Part shown: positions 9,801-17,296 of the stretch, one piece after another
How the letters are laid out: every line of letters starts with the position of its first letter
Numbering within the stretch: position 1 is the first letter of the stretch
From: a virus
DNA: 30,077 bases
Virus record (IMG/VR): IMGVR_UViG_3300010346_002929
Coordinates: 1-30,077 of that record
Strand: one strand, 5' to 3'
Position numbers and translations under genes: made by a program
The notes under the pieces: generated by a model
Databases searched by the model: none
What the model was told of the DNA's origin: nothing
What the model saw: only the letters and a program-made list of their open reading frames with translations

Positions 9801-10691
9801 GGCGGCAGCCTGGCTGTCGGTATTCGTGGTGAGCTGCGTTAACAGGCTATCAAAGCTACCTGCTGCCCTCTCGGCACTCGGAAACACCGACGAGAGCATC
9901 CCGCCCCAACCGGCAACTTCGTAGGCGCTGCCCCCTAACGTGGACATCGAGCCAGCCACGCGCGTCGAGAAGTCCAAGACGTCCTTCTCTGTGGCATTGA
10001 AGTTGTTGCCCACATAGTCAACTGCCGATCCCATCTTTCGGGCAAACTCGGCGGAATCGGTAGCACCTTCTGGGAGGCTCTTGAGCTGGCCTTTGATCTT
10101 GCCCATCGCCGTGGCAGCTTCTTCAGCAGGAATCTCAAAGGCGGACCCCATCTCGATGGCGACCTCTGTGAATCCTGCGATGCTGCTCCGTTCGATTCCC
10201 AGAGATCCTGCAGCCGCGGCAACAGACTGCAATGATTCGGCGGTTGTCGGCAGAGTCGTATAGAGATTCTTCAGTCCAGAATCCAGCTCGGCATATGCCA
10301 CAGTGCCTTTCTCGATGCCGGTGGTCTTGCTAATCCGGCTCAGTCCAGCCTCCCACTCCATCGCAGATCGAGATGCAGCGGAGCCAATCATGGCCGCACC
10401 GGCGACCGCTGCCGTGGCCGCTATGCCAGTCGGACCGAGAGCAGTAGCTATAGTTGATGCAGCACCTCCCAGGCTGCCCAGTGGTGCGGTGATGCCGGAG
10501 ACAAGATCAGATCCTACCGTTCGGCCTACGTCCTTCCAGTTGCCTGTTGTGGCTTTGGTCAGGCCGGACTTGAACTGCCCCTCGATGCCGGAGACCGCTG
10601 TGGTCGCCTGGCTCCGAGCCTGGTTCAGAGCAGATGTGAGGCCAGATATGTCGCCATCTATTACCGCTGTGACTCTGCCGACTTCAGTCAT
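6819..10691 (-). CDS. Tail tape measure protein
   Basis: 1290 aa, A/G/S/T-rich and helical. N-terminal VGRVTAVIDGDISGL, TP901-type core (WEAGLSRISKTTG...AAAAGSLGI...FTEVAIEMG), C-terminal FASG.V....TLAVVGD...GE motif. Follows the chaperone genes. Confidence 0.92.
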   Translation of the reverse strand: MTEVGRVTAVIDGDISGLTSALNQARSQATTAVSGIEGQFKSGLTKATTGNWKDVGRTVGSDLVSGITAPLGSLGGAASTIATALGPTGIAATAAVAGAAMIGSAASRSAMEWEAGLSRISKTTGIEKGTVAYAELDSGLKNLYTTLPTTAESLQSVAAAAGSLGIERSSIAGFTEVAIEMGSAFEIPAEEAATAMGKIKGQLKSLPEGATDSAEFARKMGSAVDYVGNNFNATEKDVLDFSTRVAGSMSTLGGSAYEVAGWGGMLSSVFPSAERAAGSFDSLLTQLTTNTDSQAAASELLGISTEEFMRAMSTDPSDTLLRIGSAMEALPADKVQETAKALGGSYGMDTLVKMVGHTEEWRQAIEDTVAAGEQGTSIGQSFAAGANTAQASFQVLKNSISAILSDIGGPINSTLTPVLTSLTGTFNGIRAIGENLWEPFTTAISPATEAVSMLASGVSTLGGMTLSGLVSSTSAVNTAFQTGKAFVTAFKDELTNVTTSSSTIQTLSGYVEKVGDAFDSLKDKASDTLSGIASWLSGAIPSAISGVTEKLGSMFSGVTESLGLGGAAESVGGAVSGVTGFFSNVYDRAAKELGWKTEEATADGTEKGMEKGAEKAKDGLEKATASAVSAGAESGLDTAYWSWVEQLQSQGIQTGTATALGEAMAGRTTPLITGTGRESWKSGGWSTTATIAGIEVGIRHDVAAQGSTYTLRVNGKDTGIKRSVDNFDTTPRADIVLSMLNEAGLSADRGTALDLANKPLQAAQWRLSQETTVTTDVYLDFAKNLRTEMEGAGEDVGTAFAEGIVPDTATIDSRLSAIRQLKLYDPAEAKKQGADNAIAYLEALKDTIESVEAAKAKVLLDPDDENARAELERSVSRLDTYLAENPLTVKIEADTQPLYQQVLAAVRDLSGTELKIKLSELGIYDPEKYTKYAQSEFASWIGSYAEKGMAPAWGTEDYQTLYSWYTFLLGQYDTLDANNKELTWQLSRFLTGQVDAFGEINKLVGNTDGIKNSIDQSNNLLSKTAENTSDMCEAMSEFGIAQEKGWGEMGLGLTSFIGNTADYKAFLETEYERGAYHPAPVELGSMSKWKAEMEEYLGKSEETITFPAVLDTSQADSQLDEFKDKATEEQKIPIQVDDSTAMSAIAAIDAAASRPVTKLVYVQEVGGGGGYGGGYNPYSGAYSGYTGSFTPETGGMSGGIYWLPTFASGDVYVPRPTLAVVGDRPGGEWIGGIDQAIARFGSITTSQPQIKIDAPLNINAPVYGVDDLEAVLEAHKEGIMRAIYNAVQGL

Positions 10692-10695
10692 AGTT

Positions 10696-10992
10696 TCATG
10701 TCCAGGAATTGTATCTTTCTATGTATTCTTCCGATGTGGTCTCTTGCGACTGCTCTTCTGGCTTCCGATAGAACTCCTCCCACATTGGCAGTCCTTCAGT
10801 GTACCATGTTGCCACAGCCACCGCAGCCACATAGCCGGAATAGGCAGCCATCTCTCTGTCCCATGCCTGCTGCTTCAAGTGATGGGCATAGAGGGCGTTC
10901 AGCTCGTTGACTGTGAGCGAAAAAAAGACTTGAGGGAGCAGACCTAGCTCGACGTAGGCGATCTTGTAGGCTGACTGCCAGAAGGCGTCTTC
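10696..10992 (-). CDS. Tail assembly chaperone 'T'-type segment (probable -1 frameshift extension)
   Basis: EDAFWQSAYKIAYVELGLLPQVFFSLTVNELNAL resembles the LGL.P..F..LT..EL motif of gpT-type segments. It lies in the -1 frame of the upstream chaperone, overlaps its 3' end, and lacks a convincing start of its own. Confidence 0.65.
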   Translation of the reverse strand, partial: EDAFWQSAYKIAYVELGLLPQVFFSLTVNELNALYAHHLKQQAWDREMAAYSGYVAAVAVATWYTEGLPMWEEFYRKPEEQSQETTSEEYIERYNSWT

Positions 10993-11486
10993 AGGCTGGC
11001 TATCTTCTTCTGGTCCTCCGCCAGCTCGATCCTGGCTATCTCTACCTTCGCCTCCTGCTTCTCCCTGTTGATCCTCCTGATCTCCTCCTCCCTGGCTAGG
11101 TTCTCCTCCCAATCCGAGAGAGAAGAAGGGTCGCTTGCGACGAGATAGGCTCTGTATATCTGCCTCTGGAGCTCCTCCAGAGAGCCACCTCTCTCAAGGT
11201 AGGCATCTATGGCATGGGCAGCCTCAGATGGCGTATCCTTGCCATCCAGAGCAGATAATCCTGTGGACGCGCCGATGGCCGCCTCCATGATGTCTGAGAT
11301 TCGAAGGAAGTTGGCAAGCACAAATCCGGCATGCATCGGGATGTTTGCCACGGCCCGGCCCTTCTCATCCCGCACATCCAGGCGCTTCAGGATCTCCCTG
11401 GCTCGCTTCTCAAAGGTCTTGATAGCTCCGAATGTCCATTTGAGTTCTCGTGTCTCATCCATGTCCAGTATTATTGCTTCTGTCAT
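10944..11486 (-). CDS. Tail assembly chaperone (gpG-like)
   Basis: 180 aa between tail tube and tape measure. RELKWTFGAIKTFE resembles the r.l.f...a....e chaperone motif. S/T/P-rich terminal tail. Confidence 0.75.
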   Translation of the reverse strand: MTEAIILDMDETRELKWTFGAIKTFEKRAREILKRLDVRDEKGRAVANIPMHAGFVLANFLRISDIMEAAIGASTGLSALDGKDTPSEAAHAIDAYLERGGSLEELQRQIYRAYLVASDPSSLSDWEENLAREEEIRRINREKQEAKVEIARIELAEDQKKIASLKTPSGSQPTRSPTSS

Positions 11487-11532
11487 CGATTTTACACCTA
11501 TTATGAAAAATATAATTTGGAGCAGGCTGGGC

Positions 11533-12459
11533 CTACTCCAGGTAGATCTCGCCCTGGCCCTTCACGGTCAGGTTCTGTTTCTGGGCATCGTTCACGGCTG
11601 CCAGGATATTCTCGATGCTCTGTAGAACTCCCTTCCCGATAGCGAATGGAGTGGTGCATCCTACAGCGTAGAACTTCCACAGAGAAGGCTGCTTGAACTC
11701 GGTGAGAGGCACGTCGCCATTGTAGTAGTAGTGCGAGGCAGTCAGCTCCCAGGATGCATTGCCTATAATGGAGCTTGCCCATCCTGCGTCGTCGCAGCTT
11801 GTGGTGTCGATCTCCTTGCCGTCGATCTTGATCTTGCCATCGAACAGGCCCATGACCTTCTGCAAGGCATACTCTGACCGCCTGGTTCCAGTAGCGGTGA
11901 TCGTGTGTCCTGACATCGATGAGCTGAACGTCACCGAGCCATTCAAGTAGCTTACTGTGAAGCCGGAGGTCACTGGTGAGCCGTCACTGTAGATGGTAAG
12001 AGGTTTGGTTTCATCCCAGTAGCGGCTTCCTGCAGCTGCCTGATAGGTCAGATGATCGCCGGAGTCGACTAGCGTAATGCCTGTGAATGCCACACCATAT
12101 GCTGCAGTGGTTTGCGTGAAGGCTCCAGGCACGCCAGACCCATCCGACCCGGGAGACAGCCTGCCGAGGAACAGCAGTTTTGCGGATGCATCTGCATTTA
12201 CAGCATTTATGATTTGCAGGGTGGTGCTTGTGGCTATGCCACTCGCGTTTGTGGCGCTGTTGACCGTAACCACATTGCTCGCCACAGATACAGACAGTGG
12301 TGTGTTGTTCCCCGCGACCACTATCTTGATGGCTGGCATCGGGCTGGTCTGCAGGGCCACGAAACAGCAGCCTTTGTTTCCGGTCTGTTCGATCACGACA
12401 TAGGGCCTAGATTCATCCCGAAAAAGAGCGGCTGAGAGGCCGCTCACTGAAGATGTCAT
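11533..12459 (-). CDS. Second tail-tube paralog with large N-proximal insertion
   Basis: 308 aa. KIKIDGKEIDTTSCDDAGWASSIIGNASWE matches KIKIDGKEIDTSNVDDSGWGSSIMGAGSWE of the 141-aa tube protein. The N-termini also align (MTSSVSGLSAALF vs MTNANSGMSGSLW). Confidence 0.8.
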   Translation of the reverse strand: MTSSVSGLSAALFRDESRPYVVIEQTGNKGCCFVALQTSPMPAIKIVVAGNNTPLSVSVASNVVTVNSATNASGIATSTTLQIINAVNADASAKLLFLGRLSPGSDGSGVPGAFTQTTAAYGVAFTGITLVDSGDHLTYQAAAGSRYWDETKPLTIYSDGSPVTSGFTVSYLNGSVTFSSSMSGHTITATGTRRSEYALQKVMGLFDGKIKIDGKEIDTTSCDDAGWASSIIGNASWELTASHYYYNGDVPLTEFKQPSLWKFYAVGCTTPFAIGKGVLQSIENILAAVNDAQKQNLTVKGQGEIYLE

Positions 12460-12468
12460 GATCCGGCC

Positions 12469-12894
12469 TCAAGGCAGCTCAGAGAGAGCGCCGGAGCCCT
12501 TCAGGGTGAAGTCTACCTTCTGCTGGGTGTTTGTCCCCGCGAGCGTATAGCTGCCCGACATCACATAGCACGCACCAGAAAAGCCCTTTGGGCTGGAGAG
12601 TGGAGTGCCGCTCTGTAGGATCTTGACGTACATGACGCTTCTCCCCAGCAGTGCGGTCTTGATGATGCCATAGGCGGAGTCTGTCAGGATCAGGTTGTTT
12701 GTGACGGTAACCTCCCAACTGCCCGCTCCCATGATGGACGATCCCCAGCCGGAATCATCGACGTTGCTTGTGTCGATCTCCTTTCCATCGATCTTAATCT
12801 TTGCATCTGACACCTCTGCCAGCTTTACAAACGTGCCGTTGGACGTGGCACATACCCAGAGAGACCCGGACATTCCAGAATTTGCATTGGTCAT
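12469..12894 (-). CDS. Major tail tube protein
   Basis: 141 aa. IDTSNVDDSGW...G..SWEV and terminal FTLKGSGAL are typical of siphovirus tube proteins. Follows the tail terminator. Confidence 0.85.
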   Translation of the reverse strand: MTNANSGMSGSLWVCATSNGTFVKLAEVSDAKIKIDGKEIDTSNVDDSGWGSSIMGAGSWEVTVTNNLILTDSAYGIIKTALLGRSVMYVKILQSGTPLSSPKGFSGACYVMSGSYTLAGTNTQQKVDFTLKGSGALSELP

Positions 12895-13022
12895 TTCTTA
12901 CTCATCTCCTGCATGGGGGTTGCCCCAAACTGTTTTATGATAAAAATGTAAAACCATTATTTGAAAATATAATCTGATAAAATTTTATTCTTCGGTGATT
13001 GTTAGAGAGGTTATTGGTATCA
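12895..13022 (-). promoter_or_regulatory. AT-rich intergenic region, possible internal promoter for the tail operon
   Basis: 128-bp very AT-rich gap in an otherwise tightly packed GC-rich operon. Contains TTATATTT and TTTTAT tracts on the minus strand and GGAG upstream of the tube gene. Confidence 0.35.
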
Positions 13023-13394
13023 TTATCCGAACACCTTGAACTCAACTACAAACTTGTGCCGGCCGTCATCCAATTGACCGAGGTAGATAGGCGTCGACCT
13101 GGCAGCCCGGATTACCTGCCGGATTGTGCTTTTCTTCAGACTGAAATAGTTCCGGATAGACTCTGCCTTCGTCTCGGCTGCAGCAAGATTCCTGTCCACC
13201 AGGTAGACCTGTATGCCGGGTCGGGGTGTGGAGCTGTCCACCGACTCCAGGGGCGGCTCCCCGCCGGTGAGCATCACCATGATCTGGGCCGGAGGAGAAG
13301 GCCTGATCTGCCATGCGAATATGTCCGTCCCCAACGATGTCGCATATCCAGCCGCGATGATCGCTGAGATCATATCGGCTACGAGGGATGTCAT
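13023..13394 (-). CDS. Tail terminator / tail completion protein
   Basis: 123 aa, GTDIF...P...GG.PP...PGIQV.....A...AE.I pattern, located before the tail tube. Confidence 0.75.
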   Translation of the reverse strand: MTSLVADMISAIIAAGYATSLGTDIFAWQIRPSPPAQIMVMLTGGEPPLESVDSSTPRPGIQVYLVDRNLAAAETKAESIRNYFSLKKSTIRQVIRAARSTPIYLGQLDDGRHKFVVEFKVFG

Positions 13395-13744
13395 CTCAAT
13401 GCTCCGGCCACCTTCCGCTGCACCTTATCCTGGAGGGCTCCCTGCGCATCGTTAAATGCGTCCTCCAGCCATTTCGCCTTTCCTGATGGGTGGTTTAGGG
13501 TGAGGTCCTCATGCTGTCTGAGGGTGTAGGGAGCTGCTGCACCACCGTATCCGATCTCGACCTGATCATCTGCCCGCAGGACAGCGTGAGTCCCCTTCAT
13601 CGTTCCGGAGTCCGTGGGGCAGCTCTCATCTGCCGCCGGCAGCACGTCTACGCGCGCCCACTCCTCTGCGCCGTCCATGGCTGCTTTCTTGGCTGCGGCA
13701 ATGATCTGATCCTGATTCCACTGTACTCTTGGCATTCTATTCAT
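13391..13744 (-). CDS. HK97 gp10-like neck/tail-completion protein
   Basis: 117 aa with CPTDSGTMKGT, APY...QHE and GKAKWLE motifs. Confidence 0.8.
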   Translation of the reverse strand: MNRMPRVQWNQDQIIAAAKKAAMDGAEEWARVDVLPAADESCPTDSGTMKGTHAVLRADDQVEIGYGGAAAPYTLRQHEDLTLNHPSGKAKWLEDAFNDAQGALQDKVQRKVAGALR

Positions 13745-14505
13745 GCTCCGCGAATTGTTTTGTTTCCAAGATCGTAGTACGTGGTGTTATCACGCCACAA
13801 TGTACCATTTTCGTCAGGCATCCATCCGGGCGGGGCTATGTAGACCGCACCGGGTTCTCCGGACAGATGGACATCTCGATCCATGCTAGCGCAGAAGTAC
13901 AGCCAGTCCTCCGGCGTCTTGGGCGGTTCGGTGACGTTGTAGTGCCTCCAGACGGTGAGGTTACCAAACCCTCTTATGGATTCTTCAGTGGCCGGTTTAC
14001 CGTTACCATCCAAGGCATAGAAGTTCGCATGCCATACCTTATTCTGGCCCTCGATATTGAACGTCATATCAAAGCTCGTTGTGCCATCCTCGTCTGACAC
14101 CTTCCAGGTCTCAACGGCCCCAGCGAAAGCTCCTGATATCTGGTCTACAAAGACTCTCGATCCCGCGGTTTCGCCTTTGCCTGTAGCGACGAATTTGGTT
14201 TTTCGGCTGCCATCACCATTTTCAAGCTCCATCGATGCTGATAATTTTTCATTTTCGTCTGATGTGGTCTTGGTATAACGCAGGTCTACGCCTTCGCTGT
14301 TGTTAGCCATCATTCTAACAGCCTGGTTCTGACTGGTGACATCGACATCTATTGTCCCGCTACCTGTATCCCGGCCCTCCATCAGGATGCTTGCATCACC
14401 GGAGGTGGCAACCAAGTAAATCATTGCCACGAGACATATGAATGCCAAGATACAAGAAGCATAGAAATATTTTTTTATGTCATCAGGTGTAAAAAGATTT
14501 TCCAT
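13741..14505 (-). CDS. Membrane-anchored extracellular protein, probable glycoprotein
   Basis: 254 aa. N-terminal TM segment YFYASCILAFICLVAMIYLVAT, beta-rich ectodomain, six N-x-S/T sequons (NNS, NLT, NVT, NGT, NTT, NKT). Confidence 0.7.
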   Translation of the reverse strand: MENLFTPDDIKKYFYASCILAFICLVAMIYLVATSGDASILMEGRDTGSGTIDVDVTSQNQAVRMMANNSEGVDLRYTKTTSDENEKLSASMELENGDGSRKTKFVATGKGETAGSRVFVDQISGAFAGAVETWKVSDEDGTTSFDMTFNIEGQNKVWHANFYALDGNGKPATEESIRGFGNLTVWRHYNVTEPPKTPEDWLYFCASMDRDVHLSGEPGAVYIAPPGWMPDENGTLWRDNTTYYDLGNKTIRGA

Positions 14506-14523
14506 GTTGCCACCGCGATTAGT

Positions 14524-14793
14524 TTAGCGGTTCTCGATAGCCGATTTACAGGAATCGAGAGATTCTCTGGTCTTTCCAAGTTCAGACCTAGTTTTCTCAA
14601 GCTCCGACCTAGTTTTCTCAAGTTCTGATCGAGTTAGCTGCAATTCATTCTGTAGTCTGATATTTTCTTTTCGCGTTTTCTCAAGCTCGGTTTGAAGTGA
14701 TACCATCTGGGGCCGGACGTCTTTAAACTTCTTGGCCAGATATACGAACCCACAAAACATTAAGATGCAGAATGCATAGAATCCGACCATCAC
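14524..14793 (-). CDS. Single-TM coiled-coil protein
   Basis: 89 aa. N-terminal TM (VGFYAFCILMFCGFVYLA) followed by heptad repeats ELEKTRS. Confidence 0.7.
   Translation of the reverse strand: MMVGFYAFCILMFCGFVYLAKKFKDVRPQMVSLQTELEKTRKENIRLQNELQLTRSELEKTRSELEKTRSELGKTRESLDSCKSAIENR
14569..14631. repeat. Three tandem 21-bp repeats encoding the (T/S)RSELEK heptads
   Basis: ggtctttccaagttcagacct / agttttctcaagctccgacct / agttttctcaagttctgatcg. A partial copy lies near 14675-14688. Confidence 0.8.
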
Positions 14794-15083
14794 ACCACCG
14801 CCTTTGGAACTTTGGACAGGATATCTTGAAGAAATGGAGCCAGATCATTGATATCGGTCCAAGTCTCCTCAAGCATCTGTTTAGTTTCGGTGACCTTCGA
14901 CATCTCAATCTGCTTGCCGGCAGCCAACTCGACAAAAATCGCATAGACTAGACCCCAACAAGCCCCGAGATCCGTGAATATCTCGGTAACCTTCCTCTTG
15001 AGGTTGAAATAGCCATACGTGCCTGCTGCCGCGCAGATGATCACAATCAGATCAATCAGGATTTCAATGTTTAGTGCTATCAT
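14790..15083 (-). CDS. Small membrane protein (holin-like size and topology)
   Basis: 97 aa. TM segment IEILIDLIVIICAAAGTYGYF followed by KRK, and a second hydrophobic stretch LGACWGLVYAIFVELAA. Confidence 0.65.
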   Translation of the reverse strand: MIALNIEILIDLIVIICAAAGTYGYFNLKRKVTEIFTDLGACWGLVYAIFVELAAGKQIEMSKVTETKQMLEETWTDINDLAPFLQDILSKVPKAVV

Positions 15084-15096
15084 TTCGCAGTCCCCC

Positions 15097-15234
15097 CTAT
15101 TCTCTGATCAGAGCTCTCCTCGCAGTTCTTTCTGGATGCATAGAGGCTTTCCGGCGTCGAATTCGGATCTCGAGCCATTCCAGATCAGCATACTCAAGGC
15201 TCTGCAGTAGCTCATCCCAAAAGTTGACGTCCAT
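15097..15234 (-). CDS. Small hypothetical protein, 45 aa (not in the ORF track)
   Basis: MDVNFWDELLQSLEYADLEWLEIRIRRRKASMHPERTARRALIRE-TAG. GAGG lies upstream of the ATG and the ORF fills the gap between flanking genes. Confidence 0.55.
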   Translation of the reverse strand: MDVNFWDELLQSLEYADLEWLEIRIRRRKASMHPERTARRALIRE

Positions 15235-15241
15235 ATGAGCC

Positions 15242-15562
15242 TCACGAATAGATAACTTTAGAATACACTTCAGACGGCGACTCTATGTCGTAATCTATGC
15301 CCACCGCAAGCACCCGGATCGGCGTGCCATTATAGATGACATTGTCTCTGGCAGTGACAGCCACCGAACCGTCTAAATAGATCTGCATTGTGCTGACGGC
15401 AACAGTTCCATCGGCTGTAGTGATGTTCTTTACCTTATGCTGGACGGCGCAGGGGTATGAGACCGCTGTGCCGTATGTATCATCATACCCATCGTTCGAC
15501 TGAAAGGGAGCGATGGACACGGACTGGGCCATCTCATCGCCGAAGTCCTCAATCATCGTCAT
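15242..15562 (-). CDS. Head closure protein (SPP1 gp16-like)
   Basis: 106 aa. YGTAVSYPCAVQ...G.V.VST.QIYL and beta-barrel pattern. Follows the adaptor. Confidence 0.75.
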   Translation of the reverse strand: MTMIEDFGDEMAQSVSIAPFQSNDGYDDTYGTAVSYPCAVQHKVKNITTADGTVAVSTMQIYLDGSVAVTARDNVIYNGTPIRVLAVGIDYDIESPSEVYSKVIYS

Positions 15563-15941
15563 ATGGCCCAGCCAAGTCTGTGTGCTCTAGTGCTGTTGGA
15601 TATTCGCTGTCTGCTGTTTTCTCGCTTGCGTCCGGTGTTATGAATGCCATGTCAGCCATGCAAATCCTTTCTTCCAGGGCGGCTACCAGAGATTGATACT
15701 GGACGGTGAGGTTGCTGTAGTCGATCTGCCGGTCGCCGATCTTCTTTGTTACCTTGTGGCTGCCGCGGGCCACGAGGGTCCTGGCGCAGCCGAGAGCAGC
15801 GAGCAAGACATCGCCTCCGGCCTGAGCCAGCTCATATGCGATCTCTGCGTCCGTGAGCAATGGCCGGCCGCTGTCTGTGTCCTGAATATGGTAGCGGACC
15901 TTTTCCGCTGCGGTGTTCGGGCCGGTATAGGTGAACGCCAT
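15549..15941 (-). CDS. Head-tail adaptor (gp15/gp6-like)
   Basis: 130 aa. KVRYHIQDTD...LLTDAEI motif, then KKIGDRQIDY. Confidence 0.8.
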   Translation of the reverse strand: MAFTYTGPNTAAEKVRYHIQDTDSGRPLLTDAEIAYELAQAGGDVLLAALGCARTLVARGSHKVTKKIGDRQIDYSNLTVQYQSLVAALEERICMADMAFITPDASEKTADSEYPTALEHTDLAGPYDDD

Positions 15942-15962
15942 TCGACGGCCTCAAGTAAATCT

Positions 15963-16337
15963 CTATGTCCGGTCCCAGTACCAGATGTCAAGCTGGTTGC
16001 CGGTCTCGTTGGTCCCTGCCGCCTTGACGAGCTTTTCCGCACCCACCGTATACTCGCTGGTGCGGTCGGTGATGGTGGATATGGATGACTTTGTGGCCTG
16101 CGAGTGAACCGAGATCAGCTCATCTCCGACGGCCATGCCGGCGACAGTGACATCGGTTGCAGCAGCAGTGCCGTCGGCCAACACATGCTTCAGGGCAGCG
16201 GTCTTGATGGCCACCTTTCCGCTGGACGTACTGATGGTTTTCTCATCAGCGTCCACATCCAACGTCTGGCCCGGGCCGGACTTTAGTCCGAGCCCGGCGC
16301 TTCGGTTCAGGAGGCTTCTCGGCCTGTTTGTTGCCAT
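15963..16337 (-). CDS. Virion accessory/decoration protein (hypothetical)
   Basis: 124 aa, beta-rich, between the capsid and adaptor genes. Confidence 0.5.
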   Translation of the reverse strand: MATNRPRSLLNRSAGLGLKSGPGQTLDVDADEKTISTSSGKVAIKTAALKHVLADGTAAATDVTVAGMAVGDELISVHSQATKSSISTITDRTSEYTVGAEKLVKAAGTNETGNQLDIWYWDRT

Positions 16338-16346
16338 AGTCTAGCC

Positions 16347-17285
16347 TCAGGTAATCGCTATCGGCACGATGAAGTTGTTAGTATGGATCTCGATGCCGAT
16401 CCAGCCGCCGATCTCTGCGTACTGGTTCTGGCCGGGCTGCCTCGGATAGTTGGCATCCACGTTGTAGTCCTCCGGGATCACCAGCTCTGCAGCCTGCATG
16501 CTCTTCATCACCAGGTAGACATACCCTGCCGGGAAGTAGTCGCTCCTGATCATCCAGGACAGGTCCGTCGCCTGCTTCCCGAAGATCCTGGTGCCGATCT
16601 TGTCTGAATAGATCTTTCCCAGGTCGTCCTCCTGGAGCAGGTAGTTCATGTATGCCGGCCGGCCCGCCAGGAACAGCGTTCCAGTCAGCTCCGGATCGAT
16701 GAAGTTCAGGGCGGCCCGGATATCGTCGTAGGGGTCCATCGTCTTGCTTGTCTCGGAGCCGTCCCAGGCACCATTGTTGTTGATTGTGATGATGCCGTCC
16801 CCACCGGATGCTACGATGCTGCCAAGAGAGTTTGCGGTGGCAGCCCCTACCAGGCCGGTAAGGCCGAAGGTGGTGTTGCCATTGATGATGGTGTAGTTCT
16901 CGCGCCTCTGGCATTCCATCATGGCTATGCTGACGTTCCGATTCCAGGCGGTGGGGTCAAGCTGCAGCTCGGCCTCGTTCATCAGGATTGCGTTGTCGAT
17001 CCTGTAGATGGGGAAGAGCACGTCCTTGGCCTTGCTGCCCACCACATCAGGAGCGGTGCCGCCGAGGCTCAGCCGGGCGGTTGATATGCCATCCTGAGCT
17101 GCAGTCTTGTCGATTTTCCGCACAATGTCCTTTCGGACTGTTGCAGAGACCCCCGGCCTCTGTTCTACCAGGCTCCTGCCTATGTAGCCGTCCTTGAACC
17201 GCTGCTGGAAGACGAGGATGGTCTTCTGCATGTTGAGCAGGACTTCCTGGGGGATTGATGCCCCGTAATTGAGTTCACCTACCAT
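16347..17285 (-). CDS. Major capsid protein (HK97 fold)
   Basis: 312 aa in the canonical position. ENYTIINGNTTFGLTGL resembles the En..i.nG......GL motif of HK97/encapsulin-like capsids. Confidence 0.85.
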   Translation of the reverse strand: MVGELNYGASIPQEVLLNMQKTILVFQQRFKDGYIGRSLVEQRPGVSATVRKDIVRKIDKTAAQDGISTARLSLGGTAPDVVGSKAKDVLFPIYRIDNAILMNEAELQLDPTAWNRNVSIAMMECQRRENYTIINGNTTFGLTGLVGAATANSLGSIVASGGDGIITINNNGAWDGSETSKTMDPYDDIRAALNFIDPELTGTLFLAGRPAYMNYLLQEDDLGKIYSDKIGTRIFGKQATDLSWMIRSDYFPAGYVYLVMKSMQAAELVIPEDYNVDANYPRQPGQNQYAEIGGWIGIEIHTNNFIVPIAIT

Positions 17286-17296
17286 TGATAATCACC

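Noticed and set aside
16347-17285. Encapsulin/linocin nanocompartment
   Set aside because: The HK97-like sequence sits in a complete portal-terminase-tail context, so it is the viral capsid.
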